64,000 nucleotides of DNA, taken from contig JAHQWG010000028.1 of assembly GCA_029856045.1 (NCBI GenBank), positions 78,547-142,546 on the forward strand, in the 5' to 3' direction. Of the stretch, positions 56,473-64,000 are shown one piece after another. The DNA comes from Promethearchaeia archaeon. Lineage in GTDB: Archaea > Asgardarchaeota > Lokiarchaeia > Sigyniarchaeales > SOKP01. The notes under the pieces were generated by a model. It did not search any database and was not told the DNA's origin. It saw nothing but the letters and a program-made list of their open reading frames with translations. The stretch's first letter is position 1. Every line of letters begins with the position of its first letter. The translations under genes and the position numbers were made by a program.

Positions 56473-59400
56473 TTATGTTCTTCTAGATAATATTAATACA
56501 ACTACACCGAGAGCTGCCAAGCAAACTCCTCCTACAGCCATTCCCATGAATATCCCACTACCTAGTGTATATGGATCTGCTGGTAATCCCATTTCTTCTT
56601 TTGCAAGAACAGGAACAACATTGTCTCTAAAGTTTGTTATCCATGTGGTCATCATCCCCATTTGGGTATTACTCAAACCAAAAGTTGCTTTTAGCTCAGT
56701 ATATTCATTAGAACTTGAATCCGCTGCCTTATACCATTTCTGAAGACCACTGGGGTCAACTATTGATGAGGAGTTTCTTTTATCAAAAAGAATCTCAGCA
56801 ACTGATAACGAAATACTTGATGCCGTCGGACAACCTACTTCTAATCCTGTAATATTATCAAATGGGAGTACAATTCCTTCTGGAAACATTTTCTCACCGA
56901 GAATCGTACAATTAGCCCACTGTTCAAAGAATAGTACTTCTGCATAATCCGATAAGGACATTCCTAACTCTTCTGCTGCGAGAATTGGGACAACATCGTC
57001 TTTAAATGAATTTTCCCATAGCCAATCAAGGATTAAACTCATTTGGGTTGTATCCAAACCAAAAGTTGTGCGTAATTCAGTTTGAACTGTAGTATCTGTA
57101 GCTGCATCAAGCCATTTATCAATTCCAGTATCATTAACAAATGTTGAGCCATTTACCTCATTCCAGAGAAGTTCACATACAGCAAGAGAGATATTTGATT
57201 CTGTTGGAATACCTACTTCGAAACCAGTAAGACCACCACCTAGATCCAATCCTTGTGGATACACAGCTTCACCGAGAATTGTACCATTAGCCCATTGTTC
57301 ATAGAAAAGAGTTTTTGCATATGATGGTATTGTCATTCCTCTTCCCAATGTTGGATCAGCAAAAAGAGCTGGAACGAAAATATCTATAATATCTTCTAAC
57401 CAGTCGAGCATTAATCCCATTTGGGATATATCCAAACCAAATGTTCCACTTAGATTTAACCAAATGTCAAGTTCTGTAGCTGCATCGCGCCATTTTAGAA
57501 GTCCAGTATCATTTACAAATGATGAGGGGTTTGTATCATCCCAAAGTGCATAACATGCTGTGAGCGAAATACCAGAGGAGGTTGGAACACCTACTTCAAA
57601 GAGTCCTTTAAGCGCTTCCCCTCCTGAAATTGGGAGATCAATTCCATCTGGATATTGAGGTATACCTTGGATAGTTCCATTAGCCCATTGTTCATATACT
57701 AGAATTTCTGCATAAACCGTTGTTGTCATTCCATATCCTCCTAAAGCCACTGGGAGTGCAAAGAATGGGGGAACAATATTTTCCTTAACTATGGTAAATA
57801 ACCAAGGGAGAATTAATTCAATTTGGCCCGAAGCCAGACCGAAAGTAGCGTTTAATAAACTCTCTATTGTTGTATTTCCTTCAGATGCTAAATACCAAGA
57901 TCCAAATCCGGTGGTTGTATTGATAAATGAATATGGATTTGAAATATCCCAGAGAGCTTTAGCAGATGTATATGAAATATTTGATGGATTGGGTGGAAGT
58001 CCAACTTCAAATCCAATGACAGGTCCAACTAAATCCCCAATAAAATCACTGAAATCAATTCCGCCTGGAAACATTTCCTCCCCAAGCATTGTACCATTAG
58101 TCCATTGTTCGTAGAACATATATTCAGGAGCAGCATCCAATGTTATGAGATATTCATATGAAAAGAGAGTTGGTGCAACAATGAGTGTCCAACTATATAA
58201 CCAGCCAAGAAGTGCATTCATTTTATCATTTCCCAAACCAAGAGTCGTATTTAAGACTGCATAACTAGCAGGATCTCCAGCTAATGCACCGAGCCATACC
58301 ATAAGTCCAGCACTATTGATAAGTGAATAGGAGTATGACGAATTCCATAGATCTATGGCCGTCGTAAGCGAAATATTAGATCCATATGGATAAATACCCA
58401 CTTCAAACCCATAGAGGGTTCCAGGGAGACCAAGAAATTCATTAAAGTTAAGTCCTAGTGGAAACATAACCTCACCGAGAATTGTACCATTAGCCCATTG
58501 CTCATAGAATATAATTTCTGGAGCTGCCTCCAGTGATATCCCTTTTTCAGTCTCAAAAAGAATTGGGGCAATATTTAGCATCCAATTATATAGCCAACCA
58601 AGCACTATTCCCATTTGAGTATCATTCAGACCAAAAGTTGTCTTTAAGGCTATATAACTAGCAGGATCCCCAGCTAATGCACCAAGCCATACCATAAGTC
58701 CAGTATCATTAACAAAAGATGAGGAATTCATATGATCCCAAAGATCTAAAGCTGTCATATAAGAAATATTAGTTTTGATCGGAATACCCGCTTCAAATCC
58801 ATAGAGGGGATCATCATATCCTTCAATAAAAAGACTCATGTCAAGTCCATCTTCGGAAATCGTGGCATTAGCCCATTGTGCATAGAATATAAATACTGCC
58901 AATTGTGATGGAGTCATACCACCATACATCAATGGAACATAAAAAGGAACCTCAACAGTCCACAAATAGTTTTGTATATATCCTGCTATAGCACCTAGGT
59001 TGGCCCAAGTTGTATTATAGCCCGCTTTCATTAAGCCCTGTATAGTGACATTTCCAGCTGCTCCTAACGCATAGTATCCCATAAATTCTAACAGTCCTAT
59101 ACCTAAGTCAGTATCTGTTATTAATCCTGGCAGTCCATAAATTGGGTTCCCATATAATAAATAGTCTTGACCAGGCCGTGTATAGCTGAGATTTAACATA
59201 CCAGAGGTCATATTCTCTGAAACACCTTGAACTGGACATGTTGTATTTTTCTGGATAGTTTTGTTATTGAAAAAATGTTCTTTACCAAGAGTCAAATCAC
59301 CTGAAAAAGTAATGTATCCTAAAAAATCTATGGTTTGATTAATTAGTTTTGCTGCGGTTGAACCATTGACTATATCAGGTAAAGCTCCCATTGCCCTGCT

Positions 59401-59898
59401 TTTAGTTTCGTTTAAAGTCTCAAGATAAGCTGTAAAATTAATCATATTTTCAATTTCTGGAATGAATTGAGTTTTAGTTTCATTAAGAGTATTAAGATAT
59501 GCTGTAAAATTGACCAAGTTTTCAATTTCTGGAATAATTTGAGTTTTAATTCCACCTAAAACCTCAGGAATTGCTTGGGTCTTGACATTATCATCAAATA
59601 CCGGAATTGCCATTCCTTTTACTGTCTTAAGAATTTCAAGAATTGCTTCAGACTCCACCATATTCTCAATTTCTGGGAGAGCTCCGTCTCTGATACCTGA
59701 TAGCACAGTAGGAATTCCCAAAACTTTAACGTTTTCTTCTAATTCAGGTTCTACTTGATCCTTAATACCCAAAAGTGCCTCAGGAACGCCTTTAGAGACC
59801 TCATTACGAAGGTAATCATTTATTACAAATCCACTTGGTATTAAAAGACCACCAATTACTAATAATAAAATTGATGCTGTTAATTTTTTAGTAGACAT
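56473..59898 (-). CDS. Large membrane-anchored, repeat-containing surface (glyco)protein; S-layer/cell-envelope candidate
   Basis: 1141 aa. N-terminal hydrophobic signal/anchor (LTASILLLVIGGLLIPSG). C-terminal TM plus basic tail (GMAVGGVCLAALGVVVLILSRRT). It contains five repeats of about 24 aa, six large repeats, and roughly three dozen N-x-S/T sequons by my manual count. Confidence 0.75.
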   Translation of the reverse strand: MSTKKLTASILLLVIGGLLIPSGFVINDYLRNEVSKGVPEALLGIKDQVEPELEENVKVLGIPTVLSGIRDGALPEIENMVESEAILEILKTVKGMAIPVFDDNVKTQAIPEVLGGIKTQIIPEIENLVNFTAYLNTLNETKTQFIPEIENMINFTAYLETLNETKSRAMGALPDIVNGSTAAKLINQTIDFLGYITFSGDLTLGKEHFFNNKTIQKNTTCPVQGVSENMTSGMLNLSYTRPGQDYLLYGNPIYGLPGLITDTDLGIGLLEFMGYYALGAAGNVTIQGLMKAGYNTTWANLGAIAGYIQNYLWTVEVPFYVPLMYGGMTPSQLAVFIFYAQWANATISEDGLDMSLFIEGYDDPLYGFEAGIPIKTNISYMTALDLWDHMNSSSFVNDTGLMVWLGALAGDPASYIALKTTFGLNDTQMGIVLGWLYNWMLNIAPILFETEKGISLEAAPEIIFYEQWANGTILGEVMFPLGLNFNEFLGLPGTLYGFEVGIYPYGSNISLTTAIDLWNSSYSYSLINSAGLMVWLGALAGDPASYAVLNTTLGLGNDKMNALLGWLYSWTLIVAPTLFSYEYLITLDAAPEYMFYEQWTNGTMLGEEMFPGGIDFSDFIGDLVGPVIGFEVGLPPNPSNISYTSAKALWDISNPYSFINTTTGFGSWYLASEGNTTIESLLNATFGLASGQIELILPWLFTIVKENIVPPFFALPVALGGYGMTTTVYAEILVYEQWANGTIQGIPQYPDGIDLPISGGEALKGLFEVGVPTSSGISLTACYALWDDTNPSSFVNDTGLLKWRDAATELDIWLNLSGTFGLDISQMGLMLDWLEDIIDIFVPALFADPTLGRGMTIPSYAKTLFYEQWANGTILGEAVYPQGLDLGGGLTGFEVGIPTESNISLAVCELLWNEVNGSTFVNDTGIDKWLDAATDTTVQTELRTTFGLDTTQMSLILDWLWENSFKDDVVPILAAEELGMSLSDYAEVLFFEQWANCTILGEKMFPEGIVLPFDNITGLEVGCPTASSISLSVAEILFDKRNSSSIVDPSGLQKWYKAADSSSNEYTELKATFGLSNTQMGMMTTWITNFRDNVVPVLAKEEMGLPADPYTLGSGIFMGMAVGGVCLAALGVVVLILSRRT
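56560..58900 (-). repeat. Six tandem coding repeats of about 125-139 aa ('YEQWANGT' modules)
   Basis: The antisense DNA motif ATTAG(C/T)CCA(T/C)TG recurs at 56911, 57286, 57679, 58096, 58489 and 58867, with spacings of 375-417 nt. The protein consensus is (F/V)YEQWANGTI.GE..FP.G......GFEVG.P...NISLT.A..LW.....SF(V/I)NDTGL..W..A........L..TFGL...QM...L.WL. Confidence 0.8.
59400..59790 (-). repeat. About five tandem 24-aa coding repeats in the N-terminal region of the surface protein
   Basis: IPEIENLVNFTAYLNTLNETKTQF / IPEIENMINFTAYLETLNETKSRA, plus more diverged units (LPEIENMVESEAILEILKTVKGMA and others). The DNA motif TTCAATTTCTGGAAT occurs at 59449 and 59521, 72 nt apart. Confidence 0.7.
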
Positions 59899-60280
59899 AA
59901 CATATACTAATTTGTCTATGTTTTATTTAAATATATCGACAAACATATCCATATAGGTTTTTTCTTCTCCCAGTTCAAAAATGACTAAACATGAAAAGAA
60001 CAAACTTAAAACAAAAATACTTTCTTGAGATTATACTTTAATAAATCTTTGAAGAAATTTAAGAGTGAAATCAAGTGAGCTATTTATTTAATAATTTGTT
60101 TCGTTTTTCAAAATATTTAAAATTTTTTCTATAATCATTATATCTTTCTTCAGGTGGTTCTTTTAAAAATTGCGGGTCAACTTTATGAAATTATCTACTT
60201 CACGAATTTGGGATAAGTAAAAAAAGAAAAAAGTCAGATTCTTGCAAATCCTCATATATCACTATTATCTCCAGAAAAAA

Positions 60281-60450
60281 TTAATAACAACATAGTAAAG
60301 ATTTGAACATTATTTTAAGCAGAAAAATAAATACTTCTAATTTCTGTAAATCAGCCATATTTCCCCTTGTTTTGAGATGTCCTTCAATAAAAACCTTTAT
60401 TGGGGGGCAATATTTCCATAAGCAATATCTCCAAAAAGTTCAGAATTCAT
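60281..60450 (-). pseudogene. Frameshifted remnant of an SCP2 (sterol-carrier-protein-2-like) domain gene
   Basis: From the ATG at 60450 the reading is MNSELFGDIAYGNIAPQ, then a TAA at 60399-60397. Shifted by 2 nt it continues KVFIEGHLKTRGNMADLQKLEVFIFLLK. Joined, this matches the SCP2 C-terminal consensus (human SCP2: ..[36 protein letters not shown]). The N-terminal two thirds of an SCP2 domain are missing. Confidence 0.5.
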
Positions 60451-60498
60451 TTCTATAAAGGAATTTTATACATAATTTGAGATTAAATATAAAAAAAG

Positions 60499-61644
60499 TT
60501 ATGGTAATCCCATTGATAAATAGGTTGGACAATAAAGAGGTTTTTCAAATTTTGGGATTGATAAACCGCTTTTCATAGCTTTTAACATAATGACTTCCAT
60601 GGGATGTTGTAAAAGACCTATACTAGTAAATGCTCTTCTTAAGTCAACATCAGATTTTGTACTTAGATATATAAAAACTCCTTCTTTCCGTTGAACAGTC
60701 GCTTTAAGAATTTTATCAATTAAATATAAATACCCAAAATGCAAATCCCTTTTATTCATGAAATAGGATTTATCAAGATAAATTTCATGAAGAAGGGAGA
60801 AACCAAACTTGAATTTTAGTTTTTTTAAGCACAATAGTGAACTTGTGAGAGTACCTCCTCCAATTGTAACACCATTTTTTTTGATGAGAACATAAGTTGG
60901 CTCATAATCTTTATTGGGAACGTTGATTCGCATCCATCGATATATCTTTCGATCATATGGATAAAAACCAGTATAATTTTTGGAAAGAATTCGATTTATG
61001 ACATCCATAACTTCCCAATGTCTATTATTATGCACGATTTCATAGGAAAAATTTCTAAAAGATGAGTCTAATTTAATTCTTAATCGATTTAAAAATCTCC
61101 CGCCATAATTTAATGTAACAAATATAGGGAGTGCTGGGGAAAGAAGTGGATTATCTTTAATAAACTTAAGAAAATATGGAAATCCGATGGTCGCGTACCC
61201 ATGTTCAACATCTTCATATCCCATCTTTAAGTAAATTTTTTCTCGTGGAAAACCTTTAGGATCTGCTGTAAGGATAGAGTAATCACAATCCCTTGATTGC
61301 ATATAACTAAATGCCATCTCCATTAATTTTTTTGCAATCCCCTGGCGTGTATAACGAGGATCTGTGCTAACATCATTAACATCACCTACTAGATACTCAT
61401 TACTATTAAAAAGCACCCTTTCAACTCGATTAACAATAACCATGCCTACGAGTCTATCATTCTCTGAATCTTCAGCAATTTGAATCATCTCGGGTTCAAA
61501 ATCAGGATCAGAAGGATAACGCCAATGCCATTTGCTTTCTGTATCAATTCGTGAAATACCAGTCATTTGGAATGCATCAACAAATAAATGCGCAAGTTGC
61601 TTCTCGTCTCCCTCATTATAATGACGATATGTTATATTAACCAT
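60499..61644 (-). CDS. GNAT-family N-acetyltransferase with an extended C-terminal region (Eis-like size)
   Basis: 381 aa. The GNAT core is VGMVIVNRVE..VGDVNDVSTDPRYTRQGIAKKLMEMAFSYMQ. The remaining 220 aa or so are unassigned. Confidence 0.7.
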   Translation of the reverse strand: MVNITYRHYNEGDEKQLAHLFVDAFQMTGISRIDTESKWHWRYPSDPDFEPEMIQIAEDSENDRLVGMVIVNRVERVLFNSNEYLVGDVNDVSTDPRYTRQGIAKKLMEMAFSYMQSRDCDYSILTADPKGFPREKIYLKMGYEDVEHGYATIGFPYFLKFIKDNPLLSPALPIFVTLNYGGRFLNRLRIKLDSSFRNFSYEIVHNNRHWEVMDVINRILSKNYTGFYPYDRKIYRWMRINVPNKDYEPTYVLIKKNGVTIGGGTLTSSLLCLKKLKFKFGFSLLHEIYLDKSYFMNKRDLHFGYLYLIDKILKATVQRKEGVFIYLSTKSDVDLRRAFTSIGLLQHPMEVIMLKAMKSGLSIPKFEKPLYCPTYLSMGLP

Positions 61645-61833
61645 GGTCTATTTAATCAGTTCCATTTATAAATAAAATATAATTTAATAGGAATTTAATT
61701 TTTTATTTCAAAAATATTAACATGTAAAAAATACGGAGATTTTCGTTAAATTAAAATAGTTTTAAATTTAATTAAATTTTATTAACATATTTATAAATAT
61801 AATTTAAAAATCCTATTTTACTTAGAATATAAT

Positions 61834-62193
61834 GTGATTTTTATGGGAGAAAGAAATATTCAAGGAATATTAGAATCTTTACGTGAGATTAAAGGCGTTC
61901 ATGGAGCAGTTTTAATTGAGAAATTTGCAGGAATTGTAGGTGAAGCCCTTCCCGGCTGGATTGATAGTGATGCAATCTCTGCCATGGTTAATTTGATTCT
62001 TAAAGTGGGCCAAAGAGCTACAAAAGAATTAGAACAAGGTTCATTTATTAGTGCCACATTAGAAAATACAATGGGAAAGCTTTTATTTTCTGAAGTAGCT
62101 GGTAAAATTTTATGTGTAATCGCAACGAACGAAGCTAAGCTGGGGATTATCAAATTAAAATTAGATGCTGCGAAGAAGGCTTTAACTGGTTAA
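61834..62193 (+). CDS. Roadblock/LC7 (MglB-like) domain protein
   Basis: About 116-119 aa. ILESLREIKGVHGAVLIEKFAGIVGEALP...DSDAISAMVNLIL...G.L..ATLE...GKLLFSEVAGKILCVIATNEAKLGII matches the Roadblock pattern. The track start is a GTG, and an ATG lies at 61843. Confidence 0.7.
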   Translation: MIFMGERNIQGILESLREIKGVHGAVLIEKFAGIVGEALPGWIDSDAISAMVNLILKVGQRATKELEQGSFISATLENTMGKLLFSEVAGKILCVIATNEAKLGIIKLKLDAAKKALTG

Positions 62194-62194
62194 A

Positions 62195-63673
62195 TTAACT
62201 CTTTTTATATTTTTTTATTTTATTAGAAAGTAACTCTAATAAGATTTCTCGAGTTAATTCTGGGTCTAATCGACCTTTTGTTTTTTTCATACACTTTCCA
62301 ATTAAAGCTTCTAAAGCTCGTGGATTCTTTTCAAAATCTCTTATTATATCTAGATTATCTGTAATTACTTCTTTTGTAATTTTAAGAATATATTCTTTAT
62401 CAGAAATTCTTCTCTTACCTGTTTTTTCAATTAAAGCTTTAACATTAAATCCCACCATAAGATCTGGAATAAAAGATTTGGCTATTTTTCCAGTTATTTT
62501 ACCATCTTTAATAGCATTTATTAAATCTACAAGATGTTTTGGTGTTATTTTGGTTTCTTGTATTATCTTATTATTATTATTTAACCATCTCGAAATATCA
62601 TTCATTAACCAATTACAATATAATTTATATTCTTCAGAGTCAAAAGATGGGTCAGATTTTACTCCTTCTTCATAAAAATCAGCGAAATTTTTATCCAGAA
62701 CTAAATTATATGAGTCAAATTCAGTCAATCTATATTCTTTTCGAAACCTTACTGATCTCTCATTTGGCATTTCTGGTAATTCACTTTTAACTTTTTGAAT
62801 AAAATCGCTATTAATTTCTATTGGAACTAAATCTTGTTCAGGAAAATAGCGATAATCCTCCTCCAATTCCTTAGTTCGTAATGGAATTGTGATCCTTCTT
62901 TTATCATCCCAATGTCTTGTTTCTTGAATTAATTTTTTTCCTCTTTTAAGTATGTTTTTTTGCCTAATAATTTCGTGTCTTAAAGCTCTTTCAACTTCTT
63001 TAAAACTGTTGATATTTTTAACTTCACTGCGATCGTAGCCCTTTATCGAAATATTTGCATCAACTCTAACTGAACCTTCAAGCTCGAGATTTGAAATTCC
63101 TGTATATTGAACGATTGATTTTAATTGTTTGAGAAATTCTCTAGCTTCTTCTGGAGAACTAATGACGGGTTCAGAAACAATTTCAATTAAACAAACACCA
63201 GAACGGTTATAATCTATTAAAGTGAATGGTGAAGTTGCTATGCTTCCCTTATGTACTAACCGTGCAGGATCCTCTTCAAGATGAATTCTATTCAAAATTA
63301 TATCTTTTTTATGATTATTTAATCTAATAGTTGTTTTTCCCCCATCTGCAAAAGCTTTGCCCCCTGCTTTATTATACTGGCTAATCTGGAATCCTTTAGG
63401 GAGATCTGGATAAAAATAATTCTTTCGAAAGAACCAAAATTGATTATTGATTTTACAATCTAAAGCTAATGCTAATCTAATAGCAAGTTCGATTACTTTT
63501 TTGTTAACAACAGGAAGTGAACCTGGTAAGCCAATACAAATAGGACAAACATGAGTATTTGGTTCTGTGCCTCGATAATCATTACTGCAGCTACAAAAAA
63601 GTTTGGTTTTGAGATTTGTTAATTGAATATGAATTTCTAATCCAATCATTATTTCATTATTTTGGATACTCAT
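62195..63673 (-). CDS. gatB: Asp/Glu-tRNA amidotransferase subunit B
   Basis: MIGLEIHIQL...KLFC.C, THVCPICIGLPGSLPV, RKNYFYPDLPKGFQISQY and DYNRSGV.LIEIVSEP, with a C-terminal YqeY-like tail. Confidence 0.9.
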   Translation of the reverse strand: MSIQNNEIMIGLEIHIQLTNLKTKLFCSCSNDYRGTEPNTHVCPICIGLPGSLPVVNKKVIELAIRLALALDCKINNQFWFFRKNYFYPDLPKGFQISQYNKAGGKAFADGGKTTIRLNNHKKDIILNRIHLEEDPARLVHKGSIATSPFTLIDYNRSGVCLIEIVSEPVISSPEEAREFLKQLKSIVQYTGISNLELEGSVRVDANISIKGYDRSEVKNINSFKEVERALRHEIIRQKNILKRGKKLIQETRHWDDKRRITIPLRTKELEEDYRYFPEQDLVPIEINSDFIQKVKSELPEMPNERSVRFRKEYRLTEFDSYNLVLDKNFADFYEEGVKSDPSFDSEEYKLYCNWLMNDISRWLNNNNKIIQETKITPKHLVDLINAIKDGKITGKIAKSFIPDLMVGFNVKALIEKTGKRRISDKEYILKITKEVITDNLDIIRDFEKNPRALEALIGKCMKKTKGRLDPELTREILLELLSNKIKKYKKS

Positions 63674-63683
63674 GATTTTTCCC

Positions 63684-64000
63684 TCATTTTATTGCAGGTA
63701 CAGTTTTTCGATAAATATTCAGTTCTTGCTCTAATTGATATCCGATGTTAAGAATACCCTTTTCATCAAAATAATTGCCAATAATTTGAAATCCTATAGG
63801 CAAATCATTACTATCAAAACCACAAGGGATTGTTATTGCAGGTAAACCAGCAAGGTTAACGGGACATGTTAACACATCATCCATGTACATTTGTAATGGA
63901 TCATCTACTTTCTCTCCAATTTTAAACGCTGTTGAGGGCATTGTTGGACAAATAATAAAATCACATTTTTTATAGGCTTCTTGAAAATCTTTTTTGATTA
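63684..64000 (-). CDS. gatA: Asp/Glu-tRNA amidotransferase subunit A (C-terminal part; the 5' end lies beyond the right edge)
   Basis: The frame stays open to position 64000 (..[59 protein letters not shown]). This is the typical amidase-signature-family C-terminus. It lies 10 nt upstream of gatB on the same strand. Confidence 0.85.
   Translation of the reverse strand, partial: IKKDFQEAYKKCDFIICPTMPSTAFKIGEKVDDPLQMYMDDVLTCPVNLAGLPAITIPCGFDSNDLPIGFQIIGNYFDEKGILNIGYQLEQELNIYRKTVPAIK

Noticed and set aside
56900-58900. A regularly spaced repeated DNA motif (ATTAGCCCATTG, about every 390 nt) that might suggest a repeat array or CRISPR.
   Set aside because: The repeats lie inside one long ORF and correspond to a conserved protein motif (the antisense of YEQWANGT). 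The spacing and lengths do not fit a CRISPR array, and no cas genes are present.
60080-60191. Start-less minus-strand open frame FHKVDPQFLKEPPEERYNDYRKNFKYFEKRNKLLNK.
   Set aside because: No recognisable family and no start codon. It could be another decay fragment or chance.
1-64000. tRNA, rRNA, C/D-box sRNA, transposase, integrase or prophage signatures.
   Set aside because: The intergenic gaps are uniformly AT-rich, with none of the G+C-rich structured segments expected for tRNA or rRNA in such a genome. I found no RUGAUGA...CUGA box pairs in the gaps, and no ORF with DDE, tyrosine-recombinase or serine-recombinase motifs. A covariance-model scan (tRNAscan-SE or Infernal) would be needed to be certain.

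Overview
This is a densely coding, AT-rich window. Hand counts of two 60-nt samples gave 17/60 G+C in a typical gene and 36/60 in one anomalous gene. The gene content is archaeal: isopentenyl phosphate kinase, aconitase-X-type phosphomevalonate dehydratase, a UbiD-type decarboxylase, type-2 IDI, GGPP synthase, Roadblock/LC7 and GatA/GatB. An Asgard/Lokiarchaeia-like origin is plausible from the Asn/Lys/Ile-rich proteome style, but that is inference only.

Main blocks:
- 1-5.5 kb: an edge-truncated zinc-ribbon plus multi-winged-helix protein that is absent from the ORF track, membrane proteins, and a FucI-family isomerase.
- 5.5-15.2 kb: four co-directional minus-strand genes. These are a GNAT-E1(ThiF) fusion, a 1179-aa ORFan, a beta-class DNA methyltransferase, and a 1073-aa beta-propeller/TPR transmembrane protein. 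This is the best candidate here for an uncharacterised system.
- 15.4-18 kb: tandem paralogous polytopic membrane proteins.
- 18-22 kb: acyl-CoA metabolism, including a G+C-rich, probably horizontally acquired MenB/BadI-type crotonase.
- 22-30 kb: small membrane proteins and MFS/GPH transporters.
- 30-42 kb: a near-complete isoprenoid supercluster. It holds both an MDD-family enzyme and the AcnX/UbiD trans-anhydromevalonate-phosphate route. Its HMG-CoA synthase has a DUF35-like C-terminal extension, and its mevalonate kinase has a disrupted 5' end.
- 43-51.5 kb: a sugar-uptake-like island with a FucI-like protein, three GPH/MFS symporters and two tandem SDR paralogs.
- 51.5-54.7 kb: an ECF transporter.
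- 56.5-59.9 kb: a 1141-aa repeat-rich, sequon-rich surface protein.
- 60.5-64 kb: GNAT, Roadblock and gatB-gatA.

I could not support any rRNA, tRNA, CRISPR array, transposase or integrase. Several short gene-decay fragments (BKACE, SCP2, SDR) lie in intergenic gaps. All functional calls come from motif recognition by eye. No database search was run.
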